A stretch of 64,000 bases of DNA from a bacterium (GTDB lineage Bacteria > Patescibacteriota > Patescibacteriia > UBA9934 > GWF2-40-263), in assembly GCA_020057555.1 (NCBI GenBank), contig JAGVFR010000001.1:3062-67061 (forward strand), read 5' to 3'. Position 1 is the stretch's first letter. Each line of letters begins with the position of its first letter. The translations under genes were made by a program, and so were the position numbers. Positions 58,074-64,000 of the stretch are shown here, piece after piece. The notes beneath the pieces are model-generated. The model saw only the letters and a program-made list of their open reading frames with translations. It had not been told where the DNA came from and made no database searches.

Positions 58074-58095
58074 AAAAAGCACCTGATTAGGGTGC
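58074..58095 (-). terminator. Intrinsic terminator of the 58095..59171 gene, near-identical in design to the terminator at 57211-57232
   Basis: On the minus strand gcaccc-taatca-ggtgc is followed by TTTTT. The hairpin overlaps the stop codon. Confidence 0.55.
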
Positions 58096-59171
58096 TAGAG
58101 ACTGACTTCATCGAGTTTTCGCGTGTGTTGATTCACGATTCCAGTGATCAAATGCACACGACCCTTTAGATCAGGAACTTCTTCCTCGATCACGCTTAAA
58201 GCAAACTTTGAAAGCATGATGACCTTCTCTGTTGCTCGCGGGACATCGTACCCAGCCTCCTCGCGATATGGAGCACAGGTTAGAAGAACAATCCCATCAT
58301 CTGGCACACGACAGGCTTTGAGATTGTCAGCGATGAGTTTCGCCGCGGTTCGAATTGGCTTTGCAAGATCAGGATCAAACGGGCCCACCAAGAACGCAAG
58401 GTTCAAGATGTGCAACCAATCAAACCCTCTTCCAGCGCCGATAATACGCTCGCGATGTTCAGCTTCCTCAATTGGCCGATTCGATTTTCGCACTTCAGCA
58501 ATGTGTCGAACATTGCCAACAGCAAGCGGAAGCAAATCTTCCAGCATGCGGCTTTTCATGTCTGGATAAAGATCAGCGAGCGCTACGCGTAGGTCAGCTT
58601 CGGTATACCCGTCTGCCTTTGAAAGATCCAAAACCTTTCCATTGACACCATGGAAAACCAAAGCATCTTCGTCCGTCTCAACACCAAGACGAACTGGGTA
58701 TACGGTTGTGTGCCGTCTCCCGTACATCCTCTCAACTTGCGCGGTGAATTCGACAGTGTAGGCTCGAGCCGCTTCCTCATCATAACCAAATCCACGACAA
58801 CCACGATGCTTGTTGCCTCGTGACCAGTGATATGTGACAAGGATAATGCAGTCTCGACCTTTCCCCATGGAGTAACGAACCCAGTCAGTCACAACTTCAC
58901 CGAGGTATGGCCAACCAAGATCGAATTTTCCGCCAAGTCCACGCAATGGCTGAACAATTCCAAGTGGAATTTGCGCGATAAGAGGCAGATTGAGACGGCC
59001 GTCCATACACTTCAAGGCCATGAATTCCGTTGGATGCATGCCTCGATGTTGCATGCGAAGTCCTTTGGTGTCAGGCTCACAGAAAATTTCACTCTGTTGC
59101 CTGTTGTGCTCAAGAAGCCATGATCGTAGTTGAGCGATTGGCATTGTGTGTAGATCCAAGCCGTTTGTCAT
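58095..59171 (-). CDS. Hypothetical protein (358 aa), G+C-rich, unknown function; Cys/His motif pair reminiscent of a zinc site
   Basis: The ORF is intact, with GGAG 10 nt upstream. Residues KCMDGRL (C55-x-D57-x-R59) and KHRGCRG (H123-x2-C126) resemble the CxDxR...HxxC zinc-ligand motifs of beta-carbonic anhydrases. The resemblance is speculative. Confidence 0.6.
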   Translation of the reverse strand: MTNGLDLHTMPIAQLRSWLLEHNRQQSEIFCEPDTKGLRMQHRGMHPTEFMALKCMDGRLNLPLIAQIPLGIVQPLRGLGGKFDLGWPYLGEVVTDWVRYSMGKGRDCIILVTYHWSRGNKHRGCRGFGYDEEAARAYTVEFTAQVERMYGRRHTTVYPVRLGVETDEDALVFHGVNGKVLDLSKADGYTEADLRVALADLYPDMKSRMLEDLLPLAVGNVRHIAEVRKSNRPIEEAEHRERIIGAGRGFDWLHILNLAFLVGPFDPDLAKPIRTAAKLIADNLKACRVPDDGIVLLTCAPYREEAGYDVPRATEKVIMLSKFALSVIEEEVPDLKGRVHLITGIVNQHTRKLDEVSL

Positions 59172-59259
59172 AGTCTCACTCCATTAGTGTCTTAGATTGG
59201 GAATCCGAAACCCAATTCCAACTTGAAATGTCTTTCAAATTGGTAAGGAGTTCTAATCC

Positions 59260-59697
59260 TCAACTCTGTTTACCGACGTCTCGGTATTTTTTTCTCTTGA
59301 TTGCAACTCGCTCGCGGGCAAGTTCACGTTCAAGCATCGCGGCCGCGTCAGCAAACGCGACATCATCAATGTTTCGTTTTTCTTCAAGCATTTTTCGCGC
59401 GCGCTCTTTCGCGGCTTCAATTTTTTCTAACTCCAATTCTTCAACTCGTTCTGCAGTGTCAGCTAAAATCGTAACTTGATTTCCGTGCCTCACTTCCAAA
59501 AAACCAGTTGAAGAAACCAAATAAATTTCTTCATCATTTTTTTTCGCTCGCAACTCTCCAGCTTGAAGATTCGCAACAAGTGGAATGTGTCCAGGCAAAA
59601 TCGTAATCTCTCCCATCTGCGTCATTACAGAAACCGAATCTACCGTGTCTTCGTACACTACCCTTTCCGGCGTCACAATTTTAAGCGTGAGAGACAT
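59260..59697 (-). CDS. atpC: ATP synthase F1 epsilon subunit
   Basis: An N-terminal beta-sandwich (LKIVTPERVVYEDTVDSV...GEITILPGHIPL) and a C-terminal helical hairpin. Confidence 0.9.
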   Translation of the reverse strand: MSLTLKIVTPERVVYEDTVDSVSVMTQMGEITILPGHIPLVANLQAGELRAKKNDEEIYLVSSTGFLEVRHGNQVTILADTAERVEELELEKIEAAKERARKMLEEKRNIDDVAFADAAAMLERELARERVAIKRKKYRDVGKQS

Positions 59698-59700
59698 ATT

Positions 59701-59793
59701 TTGACGGGTGGCATGGTGTGGGGTCCCCGGACGGAGGACCGCAGCAAAGCGAGGACACGACGGACGGGGTGCAACACCATGACAGGACCCGTT
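59701..59793. other. G+C-rich, hairpin-prone intergenic element between atpD and atpC
   Basis: The roughly 93-nt spacer is far more G+C-rich than the surrounding AT-rich sequence. The nested complementary segments are acgggt/acccgt, catggtgt/acaccatg and ggtcc/ggacc. Confidence 0.4.
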
Positions 59794-59794
59794 G

Positions 59795-62087
<2,293 letters not shown>

Positions 62088-62092
62088 ATCAG

Positions 62093-63598
62093 TTACTTCT
62101 TAAACGTCTGATTAAAATTCGCAATATCTTTTTTGAGTTCAGCTTCAATTTCGTCACTGATCGCTTTTTCGTCTTGAAGCTTTTTGAGAGTTCCCGCGCC
62201 TGATGACAACATATATGAACGAAACTCCGCTTCCCACTTCACAACTTGATCAACAGGAACTTCATCCAAAAATCCATTGATCACAGCAAAAATAATCGTA
62301 ACCTGTTCCTCAAATGGTATTGGCTGATATTGTCTTTGTTTCAATATTTCAGTTGTGCGACGTCCGCGTTCGATTTGCGCTCGAGTTTGAGGATCAAGAT
62401 CAGTTGCAAATTGCGCGAATGCTTCAAGCTCACGAAACTGCGCCAAATCCAAACGCAACTTTCCAGCAACTTTTTTCATGGCTTTTGTTTGTGCTGATGA
62501 TCCAACACGTGAAACTGACAAACCAACGTTCAAAGCCGGTCGAATCCCGCGATAAAACAAATCGCTTTCAAGATAAATCTGACCGTCTGTGATTGAAATA
62601 ACATTTGTTGGAATATAAGCTGACACATCTCCAGCTTGAGTTTCAATAATTGGAAGAGCTGTGAGTGAACCGCCACCACATTCTGGACTCAATCGAGCCG
62701 CGCGTTCAAGCAAACGTGAGTGAAGATAAAAAACATCTCCTGGATATGCTTCACGACCCGGTGGTCTACGAAGAAGCAAAGAAATTTCACGATACGCCCA
62801 TGCTTGTTTTGAAAGATCATCGTAAATCACCAAAGCGTCTTCACCTTTTGCCATGAAAAATTCACCAATTGTGCAACCAGAAAATGGAGCAATATAAGAA
62901 AGAGCAGCTGGATCAGAAGCTCCGGCAACTACAACAGTTGTATATTCCATTGCGCCTGCTTCTTCAAGTTTTGCCACGATCTTTGCAACTTTAGATTCTT
63001 TTTGTCCGATCGCTACGTAAATACATTTTACGTTTTGTCCTTTTTGGTTGATGATCGTATCAACAGCAATCGCTGTTTTTCCAGTTTGACGATCTCCAAT
63101 AATAAGTTCGCGTTGTCCGCGACCAATCGGAATCATTGAGTCAATTGCTTTGATTCCGGTTTGAAGTGGAACACCGACGGATTTCCGAGTCATGACACCA
63201 GGTGCAACTTTTTCAATTGGAAAAAATTCGCGCGCTTCGATTTTGCCTTTTCCATCTTTTGGATTTCCAAGTGGATCAATAACGCGACCAAGAACGTTTT
63301 CCGAAACTGGAATGGACAGAATGCGTCCTGTTGTTTTAACTGTGTCGCCTTCTTTGATTTTTGACGCTTCACCAAGAATAACCGCTCCGACACTGTCTTC
63401 TTCCAAGTTGAGCACAACACCAAAAACTCCATTTGGAAATTCAAGCATTTCAGATGCTTGAGCTTTTTCAAGACCTGTCATGCGAGCAGTGCCATCTCCA
63501 ACAGATATCACAGTTCCGACTTGTTCCTCTTTTGCTGAAGAGTGAAACTGTTCGAGTGATTTTTTTAACGCGTCAATGATTTCTGATTTTGTTGACAT
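62093..63598 (-). CDS. atpA: ATP synthase F1 alpha subunit
   Basis: P-loop [11 protein letters not shown]. The F1-alpha fold is present throughout. Confidence 0.97.
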   Translation of the reverse strand: MSTKSEIIDALKKSLEQFHSSAKEEQVGTVISVGDGTARMTGLEKAQASEMLEFPNGVFGVVLNLEEDSVGAVILGEASKIKEGDTVKTTGRILSIPVSENVLGRVIDPLGNPKDGKGKIEAREFFPIEKVAPGVMTRKSVGVPLQTGIKAIDSMIPIGRGQRELIIGDRQTGKTAIAVDTIINQKGQNVKCIYVAIGQKESKVAKIVAKLEEAGAMEYTTVVVAGASDPAALSYIAPFSGCTIGEFFMAKGEDALVIYDDLSKQAWAYREISLLLRRPPGREAYPGDVFYLHSRLLERAARLSPECGGGSLTALPIIETQAGDVSAYIPTNVISITDGQIYLESDLFYRGIRPALNVGLSVSRVGSSAQTKAMKKVAGKLRLDLAQFRELEAFAQFATDLDPQTRAQIERGRRTTEILKQRQYQPIPFEEQVTIIFAVINGFLDEVPVDQVVKWEAEFRSYMLSSGAGTLKKLQDEKAISDEIEAELKKDIANFNQTFKK

Positions 63599-63601
63599 AA
63601 A

Positions 63602-64000
63602 CTATGAATTCAAGAGTGCTAACTTTATCTGATTCAAGCGACCGGATATAGAACCATCAACGGATCGATCATCCAGCCTAATTTTTGCTCCACCAATCAA
63701 TTCCTCATTTACTATTTCGCGAATCTCTGCGCCTGGAGCAATTTCTTCAACTTGTTTTTTTAATGACACTGATAATGGATGAGCGCTTTCAACTGTAATT
63801 GTTGCCGCGCCATATTGTTCTTTCCAGATTTTTTCAAACGATTGAATCACACCAAATATTCTATGAAGTTCGGCTCGCTCTGCTAGAAATCTCACAAATT
63901 CATCTGTAATTGCGCTAATGTCTTTCTTGTTTCCTTTTTCAACCGTTTCAAACAAGACGTTCGCTAATTGTTTATCTGTGAATTTCATACTTTGTCTATC
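63602..64000 (-). CDS. atpH: ATP synthase F1 delta subunit (OSCP); 5' end probably beyond the window edge
   Basis: The C-terminal region GGAKIRLDDRSVDGSISGRLNQI matches delta/OSCP. The reading frame stays open to the window end upstream of the first Met. Confidence 0.7.
   Translation of the reverse strand, partial: DRQSMKFTDKQLANVLFETVEKGNKKDISAITDEFVRFLAERAELHRIFGVIQSFEKIWKEQYGAATITVESAHPLSVSLKKQVEEIAPGAEIREIVNEELIGGAKIRLDDRSVDGSISGRLNQIKLALLNS

Noticed and set aside
59701-59793. Possible small SRP (4.5S) RNA because of GGUCC...GGACC-GCAGC segments
   Set aside because: The conserved GGAA tetraloop and AGCAGC / GGAAGG symmetric-loop context are not reproduced. The resemblance is only on the strand antisense to the atp operon. 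I kept it only as an unassigned structured element.

Overview
The window is AT-rich, gene-dense and reads in the standard genetic code, with mostly intact ORFs and frequent 4-nt start/stop overlaps. Gene content points to a small-genome bacterium, possibly a Candidate Phyla Radiation/Patescibacteria-type organism; this is my inference. I found no rRNA, tRNA, CRISPR array, transposase or integrase. Shine-Dalgarno sequences are weak or absent for many genes.

Housekeeping content, in order along the window:
- The secF 3' end, mnmA and era.
- A glycan-synthesis block (GT2, corA, a CARDB/TSP3/PKD surface protein, murJ), then alaS.
- A ribosomal/RNAP operon: infA-rpmJ-rpsM-rpsK-rpsD-rpoA-rplQ-rplM-rpsI, with a near-consensus promoter and a clean terminator.
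- A polysaccharide locus: Wzx flippase, GT4, two GT2 genes and an O-antigen-ligase-like protein.
- On the minus strand: def-fmt, a degenerate priA-like gene and clpB preceded by a CIRCE-like inverted repeat.
- A WecB/TagA-family gene, gltX, an M23 peptidase, ftsQ, alr, lysS and greA.
- A znuABC-like zinc uptake operon, then mreB-mreC-mreD-mrdA.
- A UvrD-type helicase fused to a RecB/AddB-like Fe-S nuclease, and atpHAGDC with atpH cut at the window edge.

Structure not explained by ordinary annotation:
1. Five G+C-rich patches sit in the AT-rich background. By eye they are roughly 50% GC against under 40% for the flanks. Most have a recognisable intrinsic terminator of their own. They are an MFS transporter, a 276-aa unknown, an orphan pilM, and a tandem pair of unknown genes at 57254-59171.
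2. In the 57254-59171 pair, each gene is followed by a near-identical intrinsic terminator, and the 57254..58000 gene also has its own promoter-like sequence. The larger protein carries a CxDxR...HxxC pattern like the Cys-His-Cys zinc-ligand motifs of beta-class carbonic anhydrase; the resemblance is speculative.
3. A family of four G+C-rich palindromic elements of about 70-107 nt shares the core TCCGGGCCAG(C/T)GGACTC(C/T)TCGCCGCTG. All four are in the same orientation and lie between co-directional genes. Their flanking stems differ in sequence but stay complementary.
4. A membrane protein with a coding EEKEER tandem repeat is followed by a TraD/TraG/VirD4-family P-loop ATPase with a C-terminal zinc ribbon and then an HD-domain (dNTPase-like) hydrolase.
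5. AGTAG-rich low-complexity motifs recur at three gene 3' ends.
6. There is an 18-bp perfect inverted repeat in a 283-nt intergenic spacer, and a G+C-rich structured spacer between atpD and atpC.

Three housekeeping proteins look reduced: rpoA lacks the alpha-CTD, alaS lacks the C-Ala domain, and the PriA-like protein lacks recognisable Walker A and DExH motifs.
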